Shown here in pieces: positions 7,509 through 14,971 of a stretch of 20,000 nt of DNA. The stretch lies in IMG/VR virus record IMGVR_UViG_3300018056_000001; one strand, 5' to 3'. Every line of letters starts with the position of its first letter. Position 1 is the first letter of the stretch. The notes below the pieces were generated by a model. It was not told where the DNA came from, made no database searches, and saw only the letters and a list, made by a program, of their open reading frames with translations. The position numbers and the translations under genes are program-made. The DNA is from an uncultured virus (IMG/VR IMGVR_UViG_3300018056_000001) (taxonomy: Duplodnaviria; Heunggongvirae; Uroviricota; Caudoviricetes).

Positions 7509-9699
7509 CGGCTTCCTCCGCAGTGACGGCCGTATTCCGAAAATCTGGTCGCAGGCCGGGGGCGACCGTCGCGTGCTGCGCCTTCAGGGCTTCCCTCCGC
7601 CGTCGGCGCTCGGCGATCGGTTCCGCTTCGCCCCCGGCATGGCGATAGGCTACATAGTAACCGATCGCGCCCGCGAAGATCGCATCATCATGTTGTCCCC
7701 CCGCCGCGCGAGCATTTCCCAAGGTCGATCCGGGTTCGTCGGGGATGAGGAAATGTCGGAGTTCCCCTCGGGTAATCGGGGAATTCAGACGATAGTCGGG
7801 ATAGCCGGAGATGGGATCCAATGTGGTTGTCGCTTCATAGAACTTGTCGAGCAGAATCGGTCTGGTGCGCTCGGTCGTGAGCCAGCCAATCTTGGTAGAA
7901 AATCGTCGTTCGGGGGAGGCGGAGTCCGCATACTCCCACACATAGAAATAGGTGTACCCCAGATGGAGCTGCAGGGTGTCTTGGACCGAGAGCCCGTGAT
8001 TGTTGCATTCGATCGCGGCACAGGCTTCGACCCCGTCTTCATCACAATAGAATCTGCCGATCGCGTCACAGACGAAGGCGATCTGCGTGGGGGTGAGGAC
8101 GTTGGAGCAGAACTGGGCGACCTCCTCGGCCGGCTCCTCAATCGTCGGAAGACGTGTAATACCGATGACCGAGTAGTCGCCCCCGAGGCCATCACCTATA
8201 TCAGCGGAGAGGATGTAGCGACGACGCCCCCGTGTGCGGGGATATTCCCAGATCGCGAGGACCGACTCGCGGAGGTTGGGGAGATCCTTGAGTTCCTTGT
8301 TCCAGACACGACGGAAGCCATACCCAGGAGGGACCGGGAAGTCTTCACCCGTCTTGGCGGCTGGCAATCTTGGGGCAATCGGAGGCTTCGGGCGCGGATC
8401 GCGGAAGACAGGCGTGGGATCCTCTAATTCCTGCCGGCGGAGTTCCGCGATGTCCCGCGCGGGCTCGACCTTCCAGACATCGAGGAGGGGACGCGCCAAT
8501 CGATCCAGGACTTCGAGCTGCTCTAAGGTCCAGACGGAGCGGCCAGAGTAGAGGAAGCAGCTTTCGGGATCTGAGGCAAATTCCTCGAAGAACTCCGCGA
8601 GGTTCCCTTTCTTCGCGAAGTAGGCCCTGGTTCGTTCATAGAAGTAGAGCTGATCTCGACTCAGGGTGACAGGTCTTCCGAGGTATTGGGGCCAGATCTC
8701 CCCAGCCTTCTTACCTTCGGCGAGGGTCGATTCGCTCGGGATCCAGTCCTCGGGAGCTGGGAGCGTATACTTTGTTGGCTCGGCCCCCCATGGGACGAAT
8801 CCATTGGCATAGCGCCCGATGCCTTCAGCAGCCGTCAACCAGTGCTGATGCCACCAATTTCCGGCACCCTTGGCAGTTGATTCGAGGATGACCAAGGAAT
8901 AAGGGGAGATCGGGATGGCCTGAAGCAGAGAGCCGTCAAGCTGCTGGGGATTGTCCCAGGTCGAGAGTTCGGAAATGTGGACGACGGAGTAGGTCTTGCC
9001 GCGGGCAATATGTCCCTTCTGGCGCCCGGTCACTTCCTGAAGTTCGCCACGAGTAGACTTGCCCCAGGCAGACTTGATCAGACTGCCATTCGAGAAGGAG
9101 AGTTCTCGCCCCTTGACTCGGGTGAGGCGTTGGGGCTGCAGGAACCACGGGAGCTGATCATAAATTCGCTCGACCATGTCGAAGAGATACTTCGCTTGAT
9201 CCTCGACGTCTGCGCCACACATCGCCCTGGTATGTGTTCTCGTCAGGATCCGATGCGCGACCATCGATTCGGCGAGCGTGGAAATTCCCTCTTGACGAGC
9301 CTTGAGAACATTGAGGAAGAGTCCATCAGGGTAGGCGCCTCGCGCGTGTTCCAGCTCCAGTTGAGCCAACCGGTTCAGGATACACTTTTGTGACTCCCAG
9401 AGTGGGAAGAGTGGTCGGAGGCCGTGACCTTCCTGGTCTATCCAGACGAAGCGCTCGGCGAAATAGGGATAGTCGAAGGTGATCCTGAGTCGGGTGGCTG
9501 CGAGGAAGTGTTGCTCCTCCTCTGTCAGTCGCCTGTTGAGCGAGCCGTCTTCCATGTGGATCTGCATCAAGCGAGCGGTATAGTCGGCCGACTCGTCAAT
9601 GCTATAGGCAGGGATGAAGCCTTCGGGGAAGGTCGCACGGATCCCCGGTTGGGCGAGGATCGCACGCTCATGCTCGGCGATCAACTCTTCATGGTACAT
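7411..9699 (-). CDS. terL: Terminase large subunit
   Basis: Walker A LKARQEGIST, Walker B VVHISE, coupling motif ILESTAKG, RNase H-like nuclease motifs YILSADIGDGLGGDYS, IECNNHG and HDDAIFA. Confidence 0.95.
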   Translation of the reverse strand: MYHEELIAEHERAILAQPGIRATFPEGFIPAYSIDESADYTARLMQIHMEDGSLNRRLTEEEQHFLAATRLRITFDYPYFAERFVWIDQEGHGLRPLFPLWESQKCILNRLAQLELEHARGAYPDGLFLNVLKARQEGISTLAESMVAHRILTRTHTRAMCGADVEDQAKYLFDMVERIYDQLPWFLQPQRLTRVKGRELSFSNGSLIKSAWGKSTRGELQEVTGRQKGHIARGKTYSVVHISELSTWDNPQQLDGSLLQAIPISPYSLVILESTAKGAGNWWHQHWLTAAEGIGRYANGFVPWGAEPTKYTLPAPEDWIPSESTLAEGKKAGEIWPQYLGRPVTLSRDQLYFYERTRAYFAKKGNLAEFFEEFASDPESCFLYSGRSVWTLEQLEVLDRLARPLLDVWKVEPARDIAELRRQELEDPTPVFRDPRPKPPIAPRLPAAKTGEDFPVPPGYGFRRVWNKELKDLPNLRESVLAIWEYPRTRGRRRYILSADIGDGLGGDYSVIGITRLPTIEEPAEEVAQFCSNVLTPTQIAFVCDAIGRFYCDEDGVEACAAIECNNHGLSVQDTLQLHLGYTYFYVWEYADSASPERRFSTKIGWLTTERTRPILLDKFYEATTTLDPISGYPDYRLNSPITRGELRHFLIPDEPGSTLGNARAAGGQHDDAIFAGAIGYYVAYRHAGGEAEPIAERRRRREALKAQHATVAPGLRPDFRNTAVTAEEADEGAEADDEFRDDTRGGSALYFDPRSTIDFDS

Positions 9700-9729
9700 A
9701 AGGAAGGGCTGGGGGAGCCCTGACGATCG

Positions 9730-9951
9730 TTAGGCTCGAACGTTCAATGCCGCTCTGACACCCTCTCGCAGCCGCTCCTCATTGATCAGATCGCGACCGA
9801 CAACGAGTTCGATCACACTGGAGACGCCATCGGCCAACTCCACAATCGCGTCCTGCTGAGCCGTGCCGGTCAACGTCCGTAGGGACGTCGCCTTCTCGAT
9901 GAGGGTGATCAGGATCGGGATCGACGCCGCGAGTCGTTGCCATCTACTCAT
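9730..9951 (-). CDS. Small amphipathic protein, possibly holin-like
   Basis: 73 aa with hydrophobic N-terminus LAASIPILITLIE. AGGAGG RBS. Follows the hydrolase gene. Confidence 0.5.
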   Translation of the reverse strand: MSRWQRLAASIPILITLIEKATSLRTLTGTAQQDAIVELADGVSSVIELVVGRDLINEERLREGVRAALNVRA

Positions 9952-9972
9952 ACTTCCCTCCTTGAAACGAGT

Positions 9973-11679
9973 TTACCGCGCGAGATCGATGAAGGCACCA
10001 TCTGCACTCTGTTGTACCACATGCCAGCCATTCTGAGCACGAGCAATGTAGCCGCGAGGGCGGACGGCGACTGCCTGTCCCTCATGATCCCCGAGGCGTT
10101 GGTAGACGCGGAGCGCGTGCGCGTCGTCTAAGACAAGCGCCGAGTCCCCCAAGCCTGATCGAGTCGGACGCCAGCGCTGAGCCTCAGGCTTGAACCAACT
10201 GCGAGCATCCCCGACCGCTCGCGCACACTGATCCTGCCAGCTTCCTGATGGGGGGACAAGGGCTCGAATCCCGTAGTCACTGTGGAAGCACCAACCGCAG
10301 CCCGCGATCTCGCCGACGAGGGCGCCTTGGGCGAACCGATCGGGGGCATTGTCCCGCTTCCCCTCGATCATTGCCTCCGCGCACCCGATCGGTTCCTCAT
10401 GATAGACCGCGCCAGAGAGTCTCCACGCTTCCCACTGGTGCCGAACCCACTTGTATCCGTCCTCGTCGAGCGACCGATTCATGTGCAGGCTGATCAGATC
10501 GAGGGAGGGATCATAGGGAGGAATACTGTCGCCGTCGGAATCGGGCGGAGAGGCGCCTCGCGAGCGAAGAATCCCTTGGGCATCCTCTAGGCTCTGGAAC
10601 GGATCCATCCCGTTCTTCCATGGCTCGTTGGGGGAGAGGAGAGCCGCATTCCCATAGAGGGAGGCAACAGTAGAGACGGCGGCGAAGTACTGACGCTGCT
10701 CGGCGATCGAGGGGAGTAAGACTTGCGCGTCTCCCGCAGTGAGTTCTACATAGAGGCGTTCTTCGGCCGCGAGCTGCAGGAACTGTGCGAGCCAGGAGAG
10801 TCCTTCAGCAGGTGTGAGGGCTGGCAGGCCCTCAGCTCTTGGGATGTAGTGGATGAAGAGGAAGACACGGAGACAGTTTGACCCAGCCACGTCCCGCGCG
10901 TAGCGCATGAAGGGACGGAGATCGCCTCCCAAGCTGAAGCGGAGGAGTCCAAGGAAGCAATCATGTGATCGGAGCGGAACAGGCTCGTTGGCTTCATTCA
11001 TCAAGCACCGACCCTCGACCCGAAGCCGGGTCGGGATCGGCAGGCTAGGGTTTACCCCACCTCCGTGCTTGGCTTGCCATTCCTCGGACTGCTGAATCGC
11101 ATGGACGACGAGTCCTCGGGCATCGGCTTCCGAGACCCCACGATCCCGCGCGTTCAGGTAGGTGTCGAAGAGCCACGCGGCGATCCCTTCCCAGTCAGGA
11201 TGATCGCCGATCCACAACCCTTCGGGACGTTGAAGTCCCTCCTGGGCTTGGTAGAAGCTGTGGAGCCACTGCCCCACGCGTTGGAACTCGTCTCGGTCGA
11301 TCCGCATAGGTCCCTCCTGGGGAGAGCGATCTGAGATGCCTTTGATCCAGACGCCATCGTGCCTGAAGATGGCCACCACTTGATATTGTTGGTCGTCCGG
11401 TTTCGTGAGATCGCCATCCCTGATACTGATCGTCAGCTCGCCGGCCCGACTGTCTGGGTTGTCGCGCGTGCGCTCGTCTTGTTTGCCGAAGATTCCGACC
11501 AGCCCGTCGATCTTCCGATCCACGCGCAGCCGGCCGAACGTGACGCCCCCCAGGTGTAATCCTAGAAGGGAGGCGAGAAAGAGTTGGGCTGGGTCCGCGA
11601 CTGAGGAACAGACATGCAGTTCATTCCCCTCCGCCTCCATGAAGCCGTACGCCAGGGGCCACTCGAAGCGCACGGCCAT
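9973..11679 (-). CDS. Multidomain clan GH-A (GH5-like) glycoside hydrolase, candidate endolysin
   Basis: C-terminal TIM-barrel pattern: LRVEGRCLMNE..., GSNCLRVF, AAEERLYVELT, acid/base NEP, candidate nucleophile VYHEEPIG. Preceded by a helical domain and a Pro linker. Confidence 0.65.
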   Translation of the reverse strand: MAVRFEWPLAYGFMEAEGNELHVCSSVADPAQLFLASLLGLHLGGVTFGRLRVDRKIDGLVGIFGKQDERTRDNPDSRAGELTISIRDGDLTKPDDQQYQVVAIFRHDGVWIKGISDRSPQEGPMRIDRDEFQRVGQWLHSFYQAQEGLQRPEGLWIGDHPDWEGIAAWLFDTYLNARDRGVSEADARGLVVHAIQQSEEWQAKHGGGVNPSLPIPTRLRVEGRCLMNEANEPVPLRSHDCFLGLLRFSLGGDLRPFMRYARDVAGSNCLRVFLFIHYIPRAEGLPALTPAEGLSWLAQFLQLAAEERLYVELTAGDAQVLLPSIAEQRQYFAAVSTVASLYGNAALLSPNEPWKNGMDPFQSLEDAQGILRSRGASPPDSDGDSIPPYDPSLDLISLHMNRSLDEDGYKWVRHQWEAWRLSGAVYHEEPIGCAEAMIEGKRDNAPDRFAQGALVGEIAGCGWCFHSDYGIRALVPPSGSWQDQCARAVGDARSWFKPEAQRWRPTRSGLGDSALVLDDAHALRVYQRLGDHEGQAVAVRPRGYIARAQNGWHVVQQSADGAFIDLAR

Positions 11680-11879
11680 TAGGATTCCTCGGTCGACAGA
11701 TGCTTGTAGACCGCGTAGACGCTACATCCGATCGCGCAGACATGAAGGAGGGTCTCGGGGCGGTTGCGCCGTCGAAGGTTGTAGATGACACCCAAGGTAT
11801 GAAGCGCCATCATCGCGCCGTGCACACACATCCCGAGGACGTGGATCTCGGGGAGCGGTCTCGTCTGCACGATGATCAT
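11679..11879 (-). CDS. Small two-TM membrane protein, holin candidate
   Basis: 66 aa, two hydrophobic segments joined by a basic RRRNR loop, coupled to both neighbours. Confidence 0.6.
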   Translation of the reverse strand: MIIVQTRPLPEIHVLGMCVHGAMMALHTLGVIYNLRRRNRPETLLHVCAIGCSVYAVYKHLSTEES

Positions 11880-12259
11880 TGGAGATTCGTCACAGGATTC
11901 GCTTTCAGCCCCTCAATCAAGCCTCTGAGTCGCTGCACCTCCCCGTGGGACTCCAGGAGCTGTTGAGTCTGCCCGTCGGTCGCGATGCTGACCCCTCGCA
12001 CCCCAGCCGCAACCAAGGCAGCAATCGTCGGCCCTGTGATCGAGCTGATCGCCACGATGGCCGCGATATTGTTGGGTTGGGTCACGATGATTGCAGCCTC
12101 GGCCACGAGGGTGACGACACAGAGGACGACGGCGGAGTTGGTATACAGCCTTGCCATGCGTGCAGATTTCGGAAGCGCGAGGACGGCTGCGCGACGTTCC
12201 GGGGGATAGCCGAGGGGTTCGACCGGTGGAGTGACGACTCCGTTCTCCTTCTCTACCAT
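11876..12259 (-). CDS. Two-TM membrane protein, holin candidate
   Basis: SAVVLCVVTLVAEAAIIV and IAAIVAISSITGPTIAALVAAGV segments, followed by a short coiled coil. AAGGAAGG RBS. Confidence 0.65.
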   Translation of the reverse strand: MVEKENGVVTPPVEPLGYPPERRAAVLALPKSARMARLYTNSAVVLCVVTLVAEAAIIVTQPNNIAAIVAISSITGPTIAALVAAGVRGVSIATDGQTQQLLESHGEVQRLRGLIEGLKANPVTNLQ

Positions 12260-12276
12260 CAGGACCTTCCTTGAAA

Positions 12277-13050
12277 TTAGATGTCCTGCGAGTATGGCAT
12301 GTTCTCTAGAGGAGCGCTATCAGACGTAGTCTCATTTTCAGGCTCAGCAGGGACAGAAATGGTTCGTCGGTTCCCATACAGGAGATCGGTGACCGCTTGC
12401 TGCATCTGTTCGAGCGAGCCGGGCGCGAGGGCACTGGGGTTGAGGGGTTGACTCCCGCCGAGGTTGAATTGTTGGAGGAGGGTTGGGGCATGCTTCGGGG
12501 GCTTGATGAGTTCCCCTAGCTCTAGCGCGAGTCGCTGTCTGTCGACTTCGGGAATGTGACGAATGATGCCCTTGCCGTTACAGACTTGACACTTCTGTGG
12601 GGAGGGATTCGGGTTCTTCTTGGTGGGCGCCGGCACCACTTGGGTTGTGCCATCGCAGGTCGGACAGGGTTCGTCATGGGGCGCGGCGCGTTTCATCACG
12701 TCTTCGACGATCTCCGGGAGCTTCGCGGTGATCTGTTGGCTCGCCAAGAGATGCGCCTTGAAGAAGAGGCCGTTCCTGAACGCTCTCAGGATATCGGTGA
12801 GGGAGATGGCTACCTGGGTGGCGAGGTAGCCGAGCGAATACTTGTCAAAGGTGGGGTCGAGAAGCATCTCGACCAGATCCTTGATTTCAGGAGTGGCATC
12901 AATCGAGAGGGACTTGATGAGTTCGGCTCGTCCTCCCAAGGCGGTCTCGAAGGCGTTGATGGGTTCGGCGGCGAGATCGAGAGCCTGCACGCCTTCATTG
13001 GTTACGAGGGCTGCGGGATTCAGGAGGGCGGGCGACTGGCGCTTCCTCAT
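12277..13050 (-). CDS. Putative terminase small subunit with DnaJ-type zinc finger
   Basis: Helical N-terminal region, CPTCDGTT...CQVCNGKG, QQFNLGG tail. ATG 13050 overlaps the upstream stop. The TerS call is positional. Confidence 0.5.
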   Translation of the reverse strand: MRKRQSPALLNPAALVTNEGVQALDLAAEPINAFETALGGRAELIKSLSIDATPEIKDLVEMLLDPTFDKYSLGYLATQVAISLTDILRAFRNGLFFKAHLLASQQITAKLPEIVEDVMKRAAPHDEPCPTCDGTTQVVPAPTKKNPNPSPQKCQVCNGKGIIRHIPEVDRQRLALELGELIKPPKHAPTLLQQFNLGGSQPLNPSALAPGSLEQMQQAVTDLLYGNRRTISVPAEPENETTSDSAPLENMPYSQDI

Positions 13051-13130
13051 CTGCGACACCCGAGCCAGATCACGAAGAGTATCCAGACCACCGACGCGAG
13101 CAGGGCCACAAGATCCTGCTTCCCGATCAT
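13047..13130 (-). CDS. Single-TM micro-protein, 27 aa (not in ORF track)
   Basis: MIGKQDLVALLASVVWILFVIWLGCRR. ATGA overlaps at both ends and AAGGA RBS. Confidence 0.6.
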   Translation of the reverse strand: MIGKQDLVALLASVVWILFVIWLGCRR

Positions 13131-13468
13131 AGGCCCGCTTCCTTCTCCTTCATGCGCTCATGGAGATCGGTCGTCGCCTCATCGGCCAAGTATCTCAGGA
13201 CCTCGTCTTCGGTGGGTGCGATCCCCTGTTCCTCGGTGTAGCGCCCAATATAGTCCAAGACTTGGGCGGCTTCGACCTGATTCAGGAAGTCGATGGACGT
13301 GTGGTGCTGGAGATCCTCAGTGGGGGGCGGGATGGGCGCGAAATGATCGGCAAGGCGCGCGAGCAAGACATTCTGGGCTGTGAGAGCCTCCCCAATTCTA
13401 TCGAGCTGGCGCGAGACTCGACGGAACAGGAGTCCGAGCTGTAAGGTACGGAAGGGTCTGAAGGCCAT
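13127..13468 (-). CDS. Hypothetical protein with LexA-DNA-binding-domain-like helices
   Basis: Start revised to MAFRPF (13468). C-terminal QVLDYIGRYTEEQGIAPTEDEVLRYL resembles the first helices of the LexA wHTH. Confidence 0.6.
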   Translation of the reverse strand: MAFRPFRTLQLGLLFRRVSRQLDRIGEALTAQNVLLARLADHFAPIPPPTEDLQHHTSIDFLNQVEAAQVLDYIGRYTEEQGIAPTEDEVLRYLADEATTDLHERMKEKEAGL

Positions 13469-13592
13469 CCTTATCTCTCTCGGGGATCTTCTCGGCCATG
13501 CTACCACACCTGGGGCAGCGGGTACGGGGTGCTGCACGGCATGGGACGCACTTCGGTGTAAATCTCAGCTTGCATCCCGTACACTGAAACAT
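13398..13592 (-). CDS. Small zinc-ribbon protein
   Basis: MFQCTGC...CPRCGS. ATG lies 1 nt after the upstream TAG. Confidence 0.5.
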   Translation of the reverse strand: MFQCTGCKLRFTPKCVPCRAAPRTRCPRCGSMAEKIPERDKDGLQTLPYLTARTPVPSSLAPAR

Positions 13593-13593
13593 C

Positions 13594-13791
13594 CTAGAGA
13601 TCCTTGGGATCCCGCACACCCAGGTACTGATGCCGCTTCATCCGTTCCCACAACGTCTCCCGATGCCAATGAGGCGGAGGGATGAACGAATTCGGCGGAA
13701 GTTTCACCCGTGTCCCTCCCACGATCAGGATCGGGTCCATGGGCCGATTCGTGTACCCAGGGGGATTCCACTGATTGTAGTGCTTCGCCAT
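13594..13791 (-). CDS. Hypothetical protein, 65 aa
   Basis: ATG start, fits the operon spacing. Confidence 0.5.
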   Translation of the reverse strand: MAKHYNQWNPPGYTNRPMDPILIVGGTRVKLPPNSFIPPPHWHRETLWERMKRHQYLGVRDPKDL

Positions 13792-13839
13792 GCCCGAGGG
13801 TAGCGTATCTCCCCAGAAAAGTCTGTCAGCGTGCCTCTC

Positions 13840-14109
13840 TCATCCGTCCTCTGACACACGCTTCTTCGAGTATGTCGGTCGTGGGCGATAGGGCTGTCCA
13901 ATGATGGTCCGTCGTTTCGCCCAGCGCGCATCATCCCATGCTTTGAGAGAATCCACACGAACAAGTCGTCGAGTCTCCACGAGGACGGTTTCCAGTTTCC
14001 CTCGCTGAATCCAATATTGGATCGTCCGCCGGCAGACTCCGACCGATCGGGCTGCCTCGTCGAGCGTGAGCGTCAGCCTCTGATCAGCTTCCCCAGACAA
14101 TGGTGTCAA
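13840..14109 (-). CDS. Excisionase/MerR-like helix-turn-helix DNA-binding protein
   Basis: LTLDEAARSVGVCRRTIQYWIQRGKLETV...RRLVRVDSL. Start uncertain (TTG or CTG). Confidence 0.75.
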   Translation of the reverse strand: MTPLSGEADQRLTLTLDEAARSVGVCRRTIQYWIQRGKLETVLVETRRLVRVDSLKAWDDARWAKRRTIIGQPYRPRPTYSKKRVSEDG

Positions 14110-14254
14110 TTTCGGTCACGAGCGTGATGGCTTCATGGGTATCCACCCCATGCCGCAGCACGGCATCCTTAATCGCGGCGAGTTTCTCCGCTCGCCCCGC
14201 GATTTTCTCCTTATCCTTCCCGGTGGGGTGATCCTTCTGATCGCGTGTGGCCAT
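14084..14254 (-). CDS. Hypothetical protein, 56 aa, first gene of the left arm (not in ORF track)
   Basis: MATRDQKDHPTGKDKEKIAGRAEKLAAIKDAVLRHGVDTHEAITLVTEIDTIVWGS with a strong AGGAGGAGG RBS. Confidence 0.7.
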   Translation of the reverse strand: MATRDQKDHPTGKDKEKIAGRAEKLAAIKDAVLRHGVDTHEAITLVTEIDTIVWGS

Positions 14255-14276
14255 TGATCCGCCTCCTCCTACAAGG

Positions 14277-14306
14277 AGTGTAGATCAGTCCGCTGGCCGG
14301 TGTCAC
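14277..14306 (-). promoter_or_regulatory. Leftward sigma70-type promoter (GTGACA-18 nt-TACACT)
   Basis: Lies directly upstream of the RBS of the first leftward gene. Confidence 0.5.
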
Positions 14307-14483
14307 GCCCCTAGCTTCCCCAGACCACATTGTCCGATTCCGCGTCACTCCCCCACACGATGTTGTCCCCCAACATTTCTAGGATCCAATAGAGCCAACT
14401 CATCTTCCCCTCCTTAGGACCGATTCGGGTCCTCTGTTCGGCCCGGAGGGGTTGCAAAAGGTGGACGAGACTGACTCCACCAG

Positions 14484-14552
14484 CTTGTCAGACCCTTGTC
14501 AGACTTTCACACAAAAATTTTGGTGCCAAAAAATATTGCCAAAAAATATTGC
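14484..14552. repeat. Short tandem repeats and A-tracts
   Basis: CTTGTCAGAC x2 (14484, 14495) and TGCCAAAAAATAT x2 (14524, 14537). Confidence 0.85.
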
Positions 14553-14610
14553 TGAACCTGGTACTGCCGCCAGGGACCCAGCCGGCCGGCACCCTTCGGA
14601 CAATGCCCCG

Positions 14611-14649
14611 GCATAAGGTGTGCCAACAAGACAGGCAAGACCCGTGCCA
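14611..14649 (-). promoter_or_regulatory. Tandem sigma54 (-24/-12)-type motifs
   Basis: TGGCACGGGTCTTGC (14649-14635) and TGGCACACCTTATGC (14625-14611), compared with consensus TGGCACG-N4-TTGC. Confidence 0.55.
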
Positions 14650-14717
14650 CCTACCTTCGCTAGCCTAGTAGGCACAGGACAGGCGAAAGCCTACGAGATC
14701 ATTAGCCATACTGACCA

Positions 14718-14745
14718 GTGTCTGATAATGGGCGTTATGTAAACC
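14718..14745 (+). other. dif-like XerC/XerD recombination site
   Basis: GTGTCTGATAA-TGGGCG-TTATGTAAACC has the 11-6-11 layout of E. coli dif (GGTGCGCATAA-TGTATA-TTATGTTAAAT). Confidence 0.7.
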
Positions 14746-14761
14746 CACTACTAGCCTTTAG

Positions 14762-14774
14762 AATCAGTAGGTTA
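14762..14774 (+). promoter_or_regulatory. IHF-like binding site
   Basis: AATCAGTAGGTTA fits WATCAR-N4-TTR. Confidence 0.4.
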
Positions 14775-14863
14775 CGCTATTTGGCTTGATTATGTTACCT
14801 GAAAGCGAGAATGAGGCGATCACTGGCGTGTACTCGGGTATCAACCCTCGTAATCGACTAAAA

Positions 14864-14901
14864 GTGTTACCAATGGTAACAGGTGTTACGAAAGGTAACA
14901 C
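14864..14901. promoter_or_regulatory. Two tandem 19-bp palindromic operator-like sites
   Basis: GTGTTACcAAtGGTAACAg followed by GTGTTACgAAaGGTAACAc. Confidence 0.65.
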
Positions 14902-14971
14902 ACGCTGGAGGTCTACAAGACTGTGTCTCAGGAGACTTTCTCATACTCTCTAGTAGCTAATGAAATACCAC

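Noticed and set aside
8280..8480. Intein or intron in terL
   Set aside because: The Pro/Arg-rich insertion between ATPase and nuclease domains is short and lacks intein terminal residues, and the frame is uninterrupted.
443..13904. Many plus-strand ORFs in the left arm (e.g. 661-1503, 7309-8427, 12556-13383)
   Set aside because: They are antisense shadows of a fully tiled, coupled minus-strand operon in GC-rich DNA, with no recognisable motifs.
14484..14901. CRISPR array or iteron array
   Set aside because: Repeats occur only twice, are adjacent and have no spacers.
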